A stretch of 63,619 nt of DNA, counting the filler, from Lenisia limosa (lineage: Eukaryota; Protista; Breviatea): NCBI GenBank assembly GCA_001655205.1. It is 12 parts of 12 records of this genome, joined end to end, with 100 filler letters (N's around TTAATTAATTAA, not from the genome) between each part and the next. Parts side by side here need not be neighbours in the genome. Positions count along the whole stretch, not along the records: positions 36,434 to 45,436 come from LPNZ01004346.1; positions 45,537 to 47,630 come from LPNZ01004226.1; positions 47,731 to 49,433 come from LPNZ01007950.1; 9 more parts are not named here. One strand, written 5' to 3'. Shown here one piece after another: positions 36,440 to 47,831 of this stretch (position 1 is its first letter; each line of letters opens with the position of its first letter). The notes under the pieces are model-generated. The model worked only from the letters and a program-made list of their open reading frames with translations, made no database searches and had not been told where the DNA came from. Made by a program: the position numbers and the translations under genes.

Positions 36440-39400
36440 CCCCAACGTATGGGCTGCATTGGGGGCTGTTGAGTCCATTGTCGTCGAGATGGTCTGGAGG
36501 GGAGGGGGTCAAGGAAGGTTACCCTGTTAGTTAACTTGATTTTCTTAACGACGTGTGAGAGAAGGGGAGTAAAACGAAGGAAAATGCGATGAATGATATT
36601 TGCGTAAAGGTACTAATTACGACCGAATTGGGAAAACTTATATCTACATATACTGTATATCATATCATATGGTATAGTATATATTAATTTTACTGGATGA
36701 CCACCCTAATATCTCCGAAACACGGTGTAAGCCAGCGTACGGGGGAGAGGCCACGTCAGGAGCGAAGGGATATGCTGGCGAGTCAACCTCCTTATCTTCT
36801 GCGTAATTTAGAGGCACACACACAGACAGTAGTCCCACCACTATGGGCCTGGGTCCAGGGTCGTTGAGGGGTCTCAGGAACTTCAGTAGTTCTCTTTTCC
36901 AAGGAGGTAGTTGACCGGTCTGAGGGAGTCGGATGAATGATTGACAAATATCGATCATATAATGGTATTTTTTCGTACCGTTCTCAAATATATCATTATC
37001 AGACCTAGCTTTACTGTTTTAACTCCATCCCATCATTCACGTGTCACCATATTTATAAGTATAGCAATGAGAAATACAAAACAAGGTTGTATCTGGCCGA
37101 AGCCGGCCACACCATCACTCTTATAAGCNNNNNNNNNNNNNNNNNNNNNNNNNNNNNNNNNNNNNNNNNNNNNNNNNNNNNNNNNNNNNNNNNNNNNTGC
37201 CTTACAACTCTATGCACCAAATAATACCAGATCAACATCCCCAAAACAACTACAAATAATAACCCATAAACATCCATAAAGCACACCAAGGGACTTCGTA
37301 GAGACACGTAGCGGGTTCTCGTCCGGTTTAGACGGCTCTGAAGGCTTTGAGGGTTCTGAAATGGATCATAAAACTGGGCTTCACTTCGATACGAAAACTA
37401 TCAAAATATATCGAGGACATCGAGAAATTTATTTATTTTCTAGATTAGAGTGAAGCACTAATAAGAACTCTGAACCTTATATATAGATATGTATTTGTTT
37501 CCCCCAAAAAAGCAAATGACTTGACTAAATGGATAAATGGATAAACTAGTAATCTGTACAATTAAGAGAATTTTTTTCAAAAATGTGAAGTGATACAAAC
37601 TTAGGGCTTCCCTACGGTCGAAAAAGACCTTTAAAAATCGATTGCACTAGAATCACAATTCAGCCATTATGATTTCGATCAAAGAGTAATTGCACGGAGA
37701 CATAATATAAACTCTCAAAACCTTGGGGTGCATTAGCGGAGCTCTGGAGATAACTCCTCAGGATCTGCAAGAACATGAAAATGGGCATGTTTAAGAATCC
37801 CAATTAGAGTTTCATTGTGGTTTCAAAACCACCGAGAGACTGATAAAAGACCAATATAATATAATATAATATAATATAATATCGATATCGATCGAAGATA
37901 CAATAATGTAATGCGTTCTTTTTTTGAACTCAAGAAAAGTACTAATTGTCCAATAAAAAAAATCAAAACACTGGAAAATAAAGGAGGAGAGAGGGGGGAA
38001 AAAAAGAAAAAGCTTGTGTTTTTTGAATACCTTTTATGGAAGTAAAGTCGTCGAACTTTTTCAGGCCCAACATCCCCAACCCCCTTGTGCCAAGATACCA
38101 AAATGTCTGCAANNNNNNNNNNNNNNNNNNNNNNNNNNNNNNNNNNNNNNNNNNNNNNNNNNNNNNNNNNNNNNNNNNNNNNTGGGCTGTCGTTTTCACT
38201 AGAAATCTGTTCGAAAAACAGCTTGGCCGCCTGAGGATGTAAATACATGAGAGCTGTCCAAAAAACAAGAACCGTATGTCATACTATAAAGCCACACACG
38301 AGTTACCACAACTAAAAGTACCTGGTTACCCCAACCGAAATTATTATCATAGGGCCTTTTGACAATAGCTGCTTATGGTCTTAAAACTCTTCCTACTTGT
38401 AACAAAACACTTATCAGATTACTTTCAACTTCGCATATCGGACAATGGATATTAAATTCGCCGTGTTGTTTAATCAAGCCAAAAAACATAACATTCCAGA
38501 AGGTGTGTGGTTTTTTGATAGTGCCTTCTTACGTGGTTCCTCTTCCTCCCTCTCTATTTTTGCTTTCTCTTTATTTGACTCAGTGAAAGTGAAGACAACT
38601 CGTCGTGGTGCTAGAGGAGGGAGAGCCCGTGGACGTGGTCGCCGTTGAAAATGAAATTTGGTTAAAAGTTTGTATTTTTGTAATGGCTATTCAAAAAAAT
38701 ATACATTATCACCTTCTGATTTCAATCGAGATACTGTCCAACATTTTGAAATATCATCGAATATCAGTTTTGAGCCTCAAAGAGTAAAATAGGAGTAATA
38801 TTATCAATGCTTGGGCAATAATTTCGAACATTTTTGACAACTCATAAAAAAACACGGATATCGAAAAAAAACACAGATAAATGGACGGTGTGATATGTAG
38901 TTGGGGTACGTACCCAAGTGCTTATCCGGTGACAGCTTCATATCATATATTTTAGCATCAAACCAAAGTTGCACAAGCAACAAGAAATATAGGAAGACAC
39001 AGTGACAGTGGTAAAGGAATAGTAATAATCATAATGGCATATTATGCCTTTTGCAAAAATAAGAAAACGAAAACAAAAAAAGAAAACAAAAAAAGAAAGA
39101 AAGAAAAGAAAAGAAAAAAAAGAAACAAAAAAAACAGGGTAGGGTGAGGAAAAAACCCCCCCACTCCAACCTTATTATGGCTCCAGTCGCCAAAGAGCTG
39201 ATGCGGTGTCTTCCTCAGCGTCTTTTGTTTCGCCCTAGCCGTCCGCTGACTTTCCAGCGTATCGTACCCCGATTCTACCCCCGTAATTCCAACGTAGGCA
39301 AGGAGCGGGAATGTTTCTAAATGAGTCAGGAATAGGGCTTTACTCCAGTACGACAACCACTCCACTTCCCCCCCTTTCAAAAAAAGACAATTTCTCGAAT

Positions 39401-42400
39401 AATCCCCGAAAAATATCACTATTTCATCGGCTGCCCCCCCCCCCCAAACCTTCCGAAGATGCTAGTAGCTCAGCACTTGAGGCCGCCAAACGATTGGCTG
39501 CCTAAAGAGGTAACAAATAAGATATAATATAGGTAGGAATAATAATAAATAATATAATTTGGGTGATAAATAATCCGATATTATTAGTGTAATAATAAGA
39601 GAAAGGGGATATAGTCACATTCTTACTGTTACTGGCCATGAAATAGTGTCAAAATATTCTGTAAAAAGGCGTGTACAAAAGTTATAGTTCGAAATGATCT
39701 TCAATATATACAACTACATAACCTACCATATAAGAATGATAAGCACCCACCTTTTTCTTGTTATTGGCCATGAGATTCAGAATTCGCCATTTCAGGAAGT
39801 AGCTGTCAATAATGGGTCGATCCGAAGGGTCTAATAAGTTATTTTTAGGTCTAATGGCTATTTATAAAGTGGAAATTACATAAGAGTACTACTTTATTAC
39901 ATCAGAGTGAGTACGAACTATTTATATTACCTCATATTACGAACTAATCTTTCACGCTTCGGGGACCATCTTCATCGTCATCACCATCACCAATATTTAC
40001 TCACCTGGTTTAGACACAGATGGCCAAAAGGACAACACGTCGAAAAGACTAAAAACGTCATATTAGGGCTTCACTTCGGTTCGAAAAAAACCAGGAAATA
40101 TTGATAGCTTTCGAGGATTTAACGAGAAATTCAGTATTGTTTTTCGAACCGAAGTGAAGCCCTACCCACAATAAGGCAATAGCATGAGCATCGGCAATTT
40201 TCTTCTGTTGCACAAAAGCTCGGATAGAGTCCGCGATAATGGGCAGCTTGTTGACCTCTGCTGCTGTAGCTAGCTGGATAGGAAGTAAAATTGGAAAATT
40301 ATGAAACAAAAAAAGCCCAAAATCAACTTATTGGCTGACAACACATGGGTTGATAACAACAAAATAAAACAAAGCCCTAGCTGGGGCGAGGGTGAAAACA
40401 GAAAAATTTATGAAATAAAAATAGGGGGGCTATTTGATCCCCCCTTTTCGAATTAATTGTGTTCTTTTTTGTTCCATAAATTGTTCATTCACCCCCCCCC
40501 CCGCAAACACTTTTAAATAAATAATAAATATATGGGGGCTCGAGAATGCCACTGCTTAAGATATATTACATCATGGTATAATACTTGTACTAATTAAACA
40601 TATGATATTATATGACGAGAACAAAAAAAAAATATTACATACCTGAGAGGCCCTCGGAAGATGTAGTGAGTGCTTGAGACGAACAAAAGACGAAGCCACG
40701 ACCAGCTCGAAGAAAGACGAAGGGGCTGTAACGTGAGAGGGGGGGGGGGGCAAAAAGGNNNNNNNNNNNNNNNNNNNNNNNNNNNNNNNNNNNNNNNNNN
40801 NNNNNNNNNNNNNNNNNNNNNNCAGTTTATCGAGGATAACAAAAAAACAACTATCAAGAATTAATCAGGATATTATCATTTGTTTGAAGATTTAGTATTT
40901 CATTTTCAATTTTAACAGGACCAATCTCACGAATTTCTTTGGCCGCTCGTAAAACCGGATCTGAGATCGAAGGGGCTGAAAATGTCACTTTTTATCAAGA
41001 ATAAAATATTTGTAAAATGTCATTTTTGAAGCAAAATATTTGAGGAAGAATTAGGGGCTAGTATCACTTTAACAACACACCAAGAACAAAAATTAATTGT
41101 AAAAAAGACTTTTAGAAACGACATATTTGAAAAACGACATTTAGAAAAAAAATTTGAAGAATGAAGTATTCTACCAACTTTAACCCCCCCCCCTCTACCC
41201 GGGTCATTGACAGGAACGTTGGATAAAATTAGTTCGGAGTTATTCAGGTTCGTGGGGGAGTGGATGGGCTGGAAAGGTAAACAAAACGCCTTTGTGAATA
41301 ATTGAATTTTTAAAATTTTGCTAAATTTGAAGTAAAAACTTAAACCCCGAGGGCGCCCTTCCCCTATTTAAACAACAATTCTCCGTCCCCCACATTGGAC
41401 TCTTCCGTATGCTTCTTTGAGGTCTCAGCCGCTGAAGGACTTTGCATCATCTCCAACGCTGAAAAAACTCATGAAATGCCAAGATTAAAAAAAGAGAAAC
41501 TACTTATACAGCATATACCAATGAGAAATAAAAAAACGTATCNNNNNNNNNNNNNNNNNNNNNNNNNNNNNNNNNNNNNNNNNNNNNNNNNNNNNNNNNN
41601 NNNNNNNNNNNNNNNNNNNNNNNNNNNNNNNNATAGAAAAGTATGACATAACTACACTCGATATCCCCCACCCCGGAGTCTTTGCTGCATTTCTCGAAGA
41701 GCCTCGGCGGCCGCATAAGGATTCCCCAGGTCTGCCTGTATGAAGTCGGGGTGCGATGACGTCATGGGCCCTGGCAGGAATTAAAATAATACATACATGC
41801 TTAACACATCAAAAAATAAAAAAAAATATACAAATTACCCTGTATACAATAACATAATCTTTTTTTTTTTTATCATTGTGGGCAGCAATTACTGTATTAT
41901 AACTGTTTGTGACCGTCACAGCCTCTCTGTCATCTTACGGAACAATTACAGCCGCTCTTACGTGGAGGAGAGCGGTATTGTGGCATTGGTGCGTTTGGAG
42001 GGTGTGGATGCTGAATAAGTGAAAATCATAGACATACAGTGACTGCGACAAGGCATCTCCCACCACTACTGTCGGAGAGAAAAAGGCTCATACAAATTGT
42101 GACCGCATGCACCCCACCCCACCCCCCCCGACCGTTGGAGACCCAAAATGGTTGGGAGGCGGGTAGTTTGGGTATTCATTGGCAGAGACAAACTACTCAA
42201 ATGAGGGCTGGGAATTTGGCATATAAGGAAAGCGCAACCAAAAAAGTAACAAATTTTGAAGTAAATTTGATGAATCAGGGGATAATCTCGAGAAAATCAG
42301 GATTTCATTGTAGCTTGTTGGTTAATTATGTGGAAAAGGATATTTCATGCATGTGAAACTGTAATATATCGATATCTGATATATCTAAAAAAAAACATGA

Positions 42401-44200
42401 AACCCCCAAAATCCCATCCCTCTGCTTGATGGTAGAATATCTTTTGTAAGAAAATATGGAATATCCTTTTTTAGAAATATCCTCACATTATTTGGCCCGG
42501 AAGTGTAGTGGCTGAGTGGGGATGCTTGCGGCGGCGGGGGGTGAATCTCCGATCGTTGCCGTGGATGAATGGGAGGGGGCTGCTGCTGCATTTGTTGCAT
42601 TTGTTGGTGTTGCAATTGCTGCTGTTGCATTTGTTGCACCTGCTGGTTTGGTGGCTGCGGTCGCGCGGACTCCCATCTAGTTTCCTAATCGGGAATAAAG
42701 CATGCGGGACACCAACACCACCATCATCAACATCGTTATCCCCCTCACCTCATGCTGTCCGGTGATAGGGGCTTGTGAAATCATTACCTGCGCACCATGA
42801 GCCTCGAAATTCTGTTTTGGTAAGAATTGTAATTTTAACCAATATTGGAAAGTACATAAAGCGCCACCGACAGACATCAGGTAAAAATGTATTAGCTTCA
42901 TGTATTGGGGTTCATTTCGATTCCCGAAAGATTCTAAACATTATAACTCCCTGCAATTCATTGGATTTTTTATTTCAAAATTTGAAATGAGACATATTGC
43001 AACTAGAACCCCATTTCAGACACTTTAGTTTCAAATTTTGGCAATTATTTTCTTCATATTTGACGGAGCCCTACTAAACAGATCGAGAGTCAACAAAGCG
43101 TTTCTCGAAGTGGGTACCCAGTTTCACAGACTACTCCTCCTTTTAGGACAATTGGCCACAGTAAGTTGGAAATAATGGAATCAATAAAGTTCGACCACTT
43201 TGCCTCCAGAAAATGTGTTAACCAGGGCCTCTTCGGTTCGAAAAAAGAATGAATTTCTCGATAAATCCTTGAAAACTATCATTATATATAGTAAGTTAAA
43301 ATTGTATCTATGGTACTTAGCTAAATTTCATCTACCTCGGAGGTAAGAGTGATAAAAATAGTTAAAAATAATTTAAATCTAAAATATATACTATATCAAT
43401 CGCACTCTTCAAATTTTTACTTATTTTTTATCAAAAAAAATGAATGAAAATTAATCGAGCCCTAAGGATTGGGTCTGATAAGAAATTTGAAGCTGACCAA
43501 CAACAATTCCACCACAACACTAACAGTGACCGCGACACTTTACCAAAGATAAAGCTCAATATCCATGTCAATACTAGCTTATCTAATATATCCTACAATC
43601 TAATACGTAGCATTGAGAGTTAAAACAAGGTTGTATCTGGCCGAAGCAGTCCACACCATCACGCGTATTATATGAGATATTGAATTTTAGCCTACTCAGG
43701 GTAATTAAATTCGTGAGTAAATGAATTGACAGAATGTAAAATTGAAGCTCCTAAAATTGCGTTCCCATTACAGTATGTCTCACTTCATAATTAATTATTG
43801 TTTCAATTAATTGCACAGAGTCGTACATTCTACCAATTCACCCAGTGTACACCAAAATTTGCCTTTTCAGTATATACTCAAAGAGCCCACCTTAGATGAC
43901 GATGGTTGTTTCTGCCTGCTTTCACCATGTTTTGCCCCTCGTCTGTCATGCGAAAGGGGCTGCTGTCGAGGCTTGAACGCTCCAGGATGGGGCATTATGA
44001 AGGCCCTGGGCTGATCTGTCTTAGCATGTACCGAGCACCCGGGGCCTTACAAACGTTATCTGGCTCTATGCAGCTGAAACTCTTGCGTTACTCCTGACCA
44101 ACAGGGAAGGAGAGGGAGCGCTCAGGTCAGGTAGGGGGAAGTACGAGGTCGATAGGGGAAGCTTTCAGCGTTGCGCTCTTCTGCTGTTCTCTCCTATTTA
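36440..44200 (-). CDS. Long multi-exon Pro/Gln-rich protein of unknown function; ends uncertain
   Basis: Runs of phase-compatible exons, e.g. WESARPQPPNQQVQQMQQQQLQHQQ.. / HPHPPNAPMPQYRSPP / RPMTSSHPDFIQADLGNPYAAAEALREMQQRLR / ALEMMQSPSAAETSKKHTEESN; also LATAAEVNKLPIIADSIRAFVQQKK and ETFPLLAYVGITGVESGYDTLESQR. Confidence 0.55.
37061..37121. mobile_element. TIR family C, single-end copy
   Basis: ATAGCAATGAGAAATACAAAACAAGGTTGTATCTGGCCGAAGCCGGCCACACCATCAC; related pieces at 29961-30003, 35895-35925 and 41513-41542. Confidence 0.8.
37374..37460. mobile_element. MITE family A copy (a partial copy also at 37602-37643)
   Basis: CTGGGCTTCACTTCGATACGAAAA...AGAGTGAAGCACTA. Confidence 0.75.
40064..40164. 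mobile_element. MITE family A, near-consensus copy
   Basis: Perfect TIRs of at least 24 bp, TAGGGCTTCACTTCGGTTCGAAAA; no recognisable TSD. Confidence 0.93.
40277..40386 (-). repeat. Dispersed repeat family E, ending at a 3' splice site
   Basis: Minus strand GGGCTTTGTTTTATTTTGTTGTTATCAACCCATGTGTTGTCAGCCAATAAGTTGATTTTGGGCTTTTTTTGTTTCATAATTTTCC, then the CAG acceptor at 40276-40274. Confidence 0.75.
42950..43073. mobile_element. MITE family B, degenerate copy (another at about 43688-43825)
   Basis: CAAAATTTGAAATGAGACATATTGCAACTAGAACCCC...GACGGAGCCCTA matches the interior and right end of 9128-9257. Confidence 0.7.
43224..43283. mobile_element. MITE family A, partial copy
   Basis: AGGGCCTCTTCGGTTCGAAAAAAGAATGAATTTCTCGATAAATCCTTGAAAACTATC. 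Confidence 0.75.
43609..43665. mobile_element. TIR family C, single-end copy
   Basis: AAAACAAGGTTGTATCTGGCCGAAGCAGTCCACACCATCACGC. Confidence 0.8.
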
Positions 44201-44384
44201 TTAATAATAACAGATTTTTGTTATTATTCTTTCTGCATTTTTGCATGAACCAAATCAAAAACGACGCGCTCGCGCAAATCGTTTCCCTTATACCCCCAGT
44301 TCACAACCAGGCGCCTTGCCAGAGCCCCTTCTTCTTCTAAGAAATAGTGAAATAAAACAACACACACAAAAAAACACGACAAAA

Positions 44385-45212
44385 ATGTCAAAAAAGTCAT
44401 CAGTTCGGTTTTTGAACGAATTCAAAAGCGCATTTTCTGAGTAAGTTTCGTAAGTTTATGGACATTAATTTTAGTATACACACGGACCAGATACGAAAGT
44501 TGCTTCACACAACACTTGAGCCCAGTTGTTTACAGACTTGTTCTTCAAAATTGGTTTGTACTCTCTCCCTTTGTGATTATCAAGCTGAATTTGATTTCAG
44601 CCCGGAATACAGTCGATGTTTTTTCTGAAATTAAATCATGTATGCTTATAGTTTAATGTTACTTGCCTAGCAAACCAGTCAATCAATGACCTCTTTTCTA
44701 ATCCTGCTTTCTTCCCCTATGTAATTGCTACGTCTCCTCTTATGGTAGACTTCTTTCTTAATCTCATGGACCGAGAGGAGATAGTAAGCAATCTTTTCAA
44801 TTACATTCAGGATACAAGTCATGTCTTATCCGTGTGCCACACTCTTGGCCCTCCTTTGAACTATGCAATTATTTGCCAAGATATAGAGCTGATTGTTCCA
44901 CTCATTAACCACGGTGCAAAAGTAACGCAAACTGTACCAGGATACCGTATGTGGTTGTTTGATAATATGACTTCATTTCGGTTCGAAAAAAAGACTGAAT
45001 TTCCCAATAAATCCTCGAAAACTAATGATATTTTACCGGTGTTTTTTGAACCGAAGTGAAACCCTTGATTATATAAAGGATAATTGAACTTAATTCATTC
45101 AAATCTCACTCTGTTTCCTTTAGCATCTCCAATGACATTAGCCAGGGCTATTGGTTCCCTTCCTCCAAAGAATATGCCAAAACCACTATTGTTCTTTGAT
45201 CCCAAGTTGTAA
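44385..45212 (+). CDS. Small protein with 1-2 ankyrin repeats
   Basis: Phase-compatible exons from ATG 44385; PPLNYAIICQDIELIVPLINHGAKV (about 44845-44925) is an ankyrin repeat, followed by SPMTLARAIG; TAA at 45210-45212. Confidence 0.55.
44966..45066. mobile_element. MITE family A copy in an intron
   Basis: CTTCATTTCGGTTCGAAAAAAAGACTGAATTTCCCAATAAATCCTCG...TTTGAACCGAAGTGAAACCCTT. Confidence 0.85.
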
Positions 45213-45784
45213 GCTATTCCCTATCATATTTAATATTGTTGCGCATAGTAGATTTATGTATGATGTATGAGAGTAGTATTTACGCTTAATCACCAAGATA
45301 GTACATTTGAAACATAACACCAACAATGTATGACAAAAATTATATATATAATATAGTATGATCCTAGAGTACATGTTTACCATATGTATGAGATGTGGAG
45401 TTATGCGATACTCGGACGCCAGTCCCGAGGGAATATNNNNNNNNNNNNNNNNNNNNNNNNNNNNNNNNNNNNNNNNNNNNTTAATTAATTAANNNNNNNN
45501 NNNNNNNNNNNNNNNNNNNNNNNNNNNNNNNNNNNNGTTTCATTATTTGATTAAGATTGAGATTACTTTCAAAAACAGAAGGGAAATAGGGTTTCTTGGT
45601 GGTTTATGGTGATTTTGTATGGAAAACTCAAGCTGTCCGCGACTATTGATGTGTCCCGGAATTTTGAATGATGTCCGGAGCTTTGACTATACATATATGA
45701 TATATACTGTGTACATAGTACAATGATACTTGGACAGCAGATACCAGGTAATAATCATCAAGATACCCAGTAAATCTTCAGGAT

Positions 45785-47412
45785 TTGCAAAAATTGACTC
45801 TTTGTTCGTCTCCGTTTACGCTTCAAACCCGCCAAGCGTTGTTGCAACCTATCAACTTTCCCCCCGACAGCGACAACTGGGAGTGTAATCCTATCCCCAA
45901 ACTTGGCCTTCCCTTCACCATCCCATCAAATAACCGTGGTGTGCCCCCCCATCCATGTGTTGGAGTGAAAGATGAGAGGCTGTCCTTCCTTAACTGGTCA
46001 AATGACCGGATTCGAAAAGGCATCACTGTTTCTAAATCACCAGATTCGGTACCCAGAGCAACTTGCTGCCCAAGGATAGCACAACCGAACCATGACCAGT
46101 GTACATCTTGCAGTTCCTCCCAGGCCGAACTTCTGAAGGATAAACTTCCGAAAGTAATCGACGAGGTGCCCCAGGTGGATACAACTGACGAAGAATCCCT
46201 GAAGGTTAGCGCCAGTGACCTTGTTAAAATGGCGAGAACTCTGTCATCAAGTAACCAATCATCCTGCACCATCACTGCCCATCTCTACAATCTTCTTTAT
46301 TCGCATTTCCAATTCAACCAGTCCCCATCAACCATTCTCCTCCTTCTTTCAGTACAATTTGCGAGCACCATGAGTTCTTCCGACTGTGTAGACGCTTCCT
46401 TCATTTTGGGAGCCATGATATGTTTTAAAAACGTTGTACCCTCTCCAGCACGAACTGTCTGTCAATGGGGCATTAGCCACACTCAGCTTGAAATACACCC
46501 ACAGCCAGAGTATGAAGGAATGGTGTTCTGCAATTAAGTCCATTTCAGGCAAATCCGTTCTGATCCTTCTTCGTGGAACTGAACGCCAAAAGAACATTCT
46601 TCTCGCGACGCCGTCTGCACGAGACAATATCGTGAGCGGAGCAATGTCTCACCCTGAGACCCAGAAAGCAGCATTCAAAGCTGGTGAACTATTTATACAA
46701 GACAACCCGGATGGTATCAATCTTCCTGGGTTTCCCAGTCACCGCAACATCACACGGTTTGAGGCATCTTTAAATTCTGGCAAGAAGGAAATGGGCCCCC
46801 AAAAACAACAGATTGAAGCGTTTGTGAACACCTTGACTACACCACTCTCACGCCTCCATGATGACATCATTAATGTTGCACTGGTCTCGTCAAAAAATAT
46901 TACCAATGCCAAGGTTGTTCTGCAGTCATTTTTCCTTGCCCAAGACGAGTACACGGGAAACCCTGACTATGGCAACTATCAATTAAAGGACGTCTGTGGT
47001 CTCCAGGTTTGTTGGTGTGTTATAATTAATTTGACTGGTATCCCTATTTTTTCTTCATCTTTGGAATCGTGCGATGATAATTCTTATTAGGAGCACGTCG
47101 ACCCCCGTACCCACTTTTTGGAATTTGACTTCTTGGTCAAGTCTGTTGACGCTCTGCTTCCAATCCTTAACGAGGCTTCTGGTGCTGATGGTTAGCGACG
47201 TGTCTCATTCAACATTCCTATTTATGTTGTTTGATATAATATTTGATTTACATCTTATGTTGTTTGTTATAGTAATCTTGTATATCAAATAAAACATATT
47301 GTTATCATATCACCTTTCAGATGAAACAATTGAGTTTTTCCAAGATATTGCCCGTCGACTCCTGATAACTAAAGATGAAGCGGACAAAAAGGCATGGAAT
47401 CCACCTCCAAGA
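45785..47412 (+). CDS. Unknown protein with an N-terminal Cys cluster; two overlapping ORFs joined by an intron or a frameshift, then spliced exons
   Basis: ORFs 45785-46537 and 46434-47006, then in-phase exons 47091-47190 and 47321-47412; HPCVG...RATCCPR...QCTSC cluster. Confidence 0.5.
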
Positions 47413-47831
47413 GTAGGCGAGAACGCTCGTCATCAATGACTTGTTTTTTTTTTAATATATTCAGGTTTCTTCTTCGTAGGGAATAATATACAAGAGTTGA
47501 CTTTGTAAATTTGTGTTTAAATTGTATATGATATTATTTTATTATCATAGTAGTTCACGAGATATTAATGTCCGTAATCTTTTGAAATACCCCAAATAAC
47601 ATATCATATTCTTTTTTTCATATTAATTTANNNNNNNNNNNNNNNNNNNNNNNNNNNNNNNNNNNNNNNNNNNNTTAATTAATTAANNNNNNNNNNNNNN
47701 NNNNNNNNNNNNNNNNNNNNNNNNNNNNNNATGTAGGAGGGGGAAGAAGGACTTTTGATATCTCCACACATGTACTGTGGTATAAAATGTTAATCTAATA
47801 ATATAGATAATCAGCTCATCTAATAATACAG

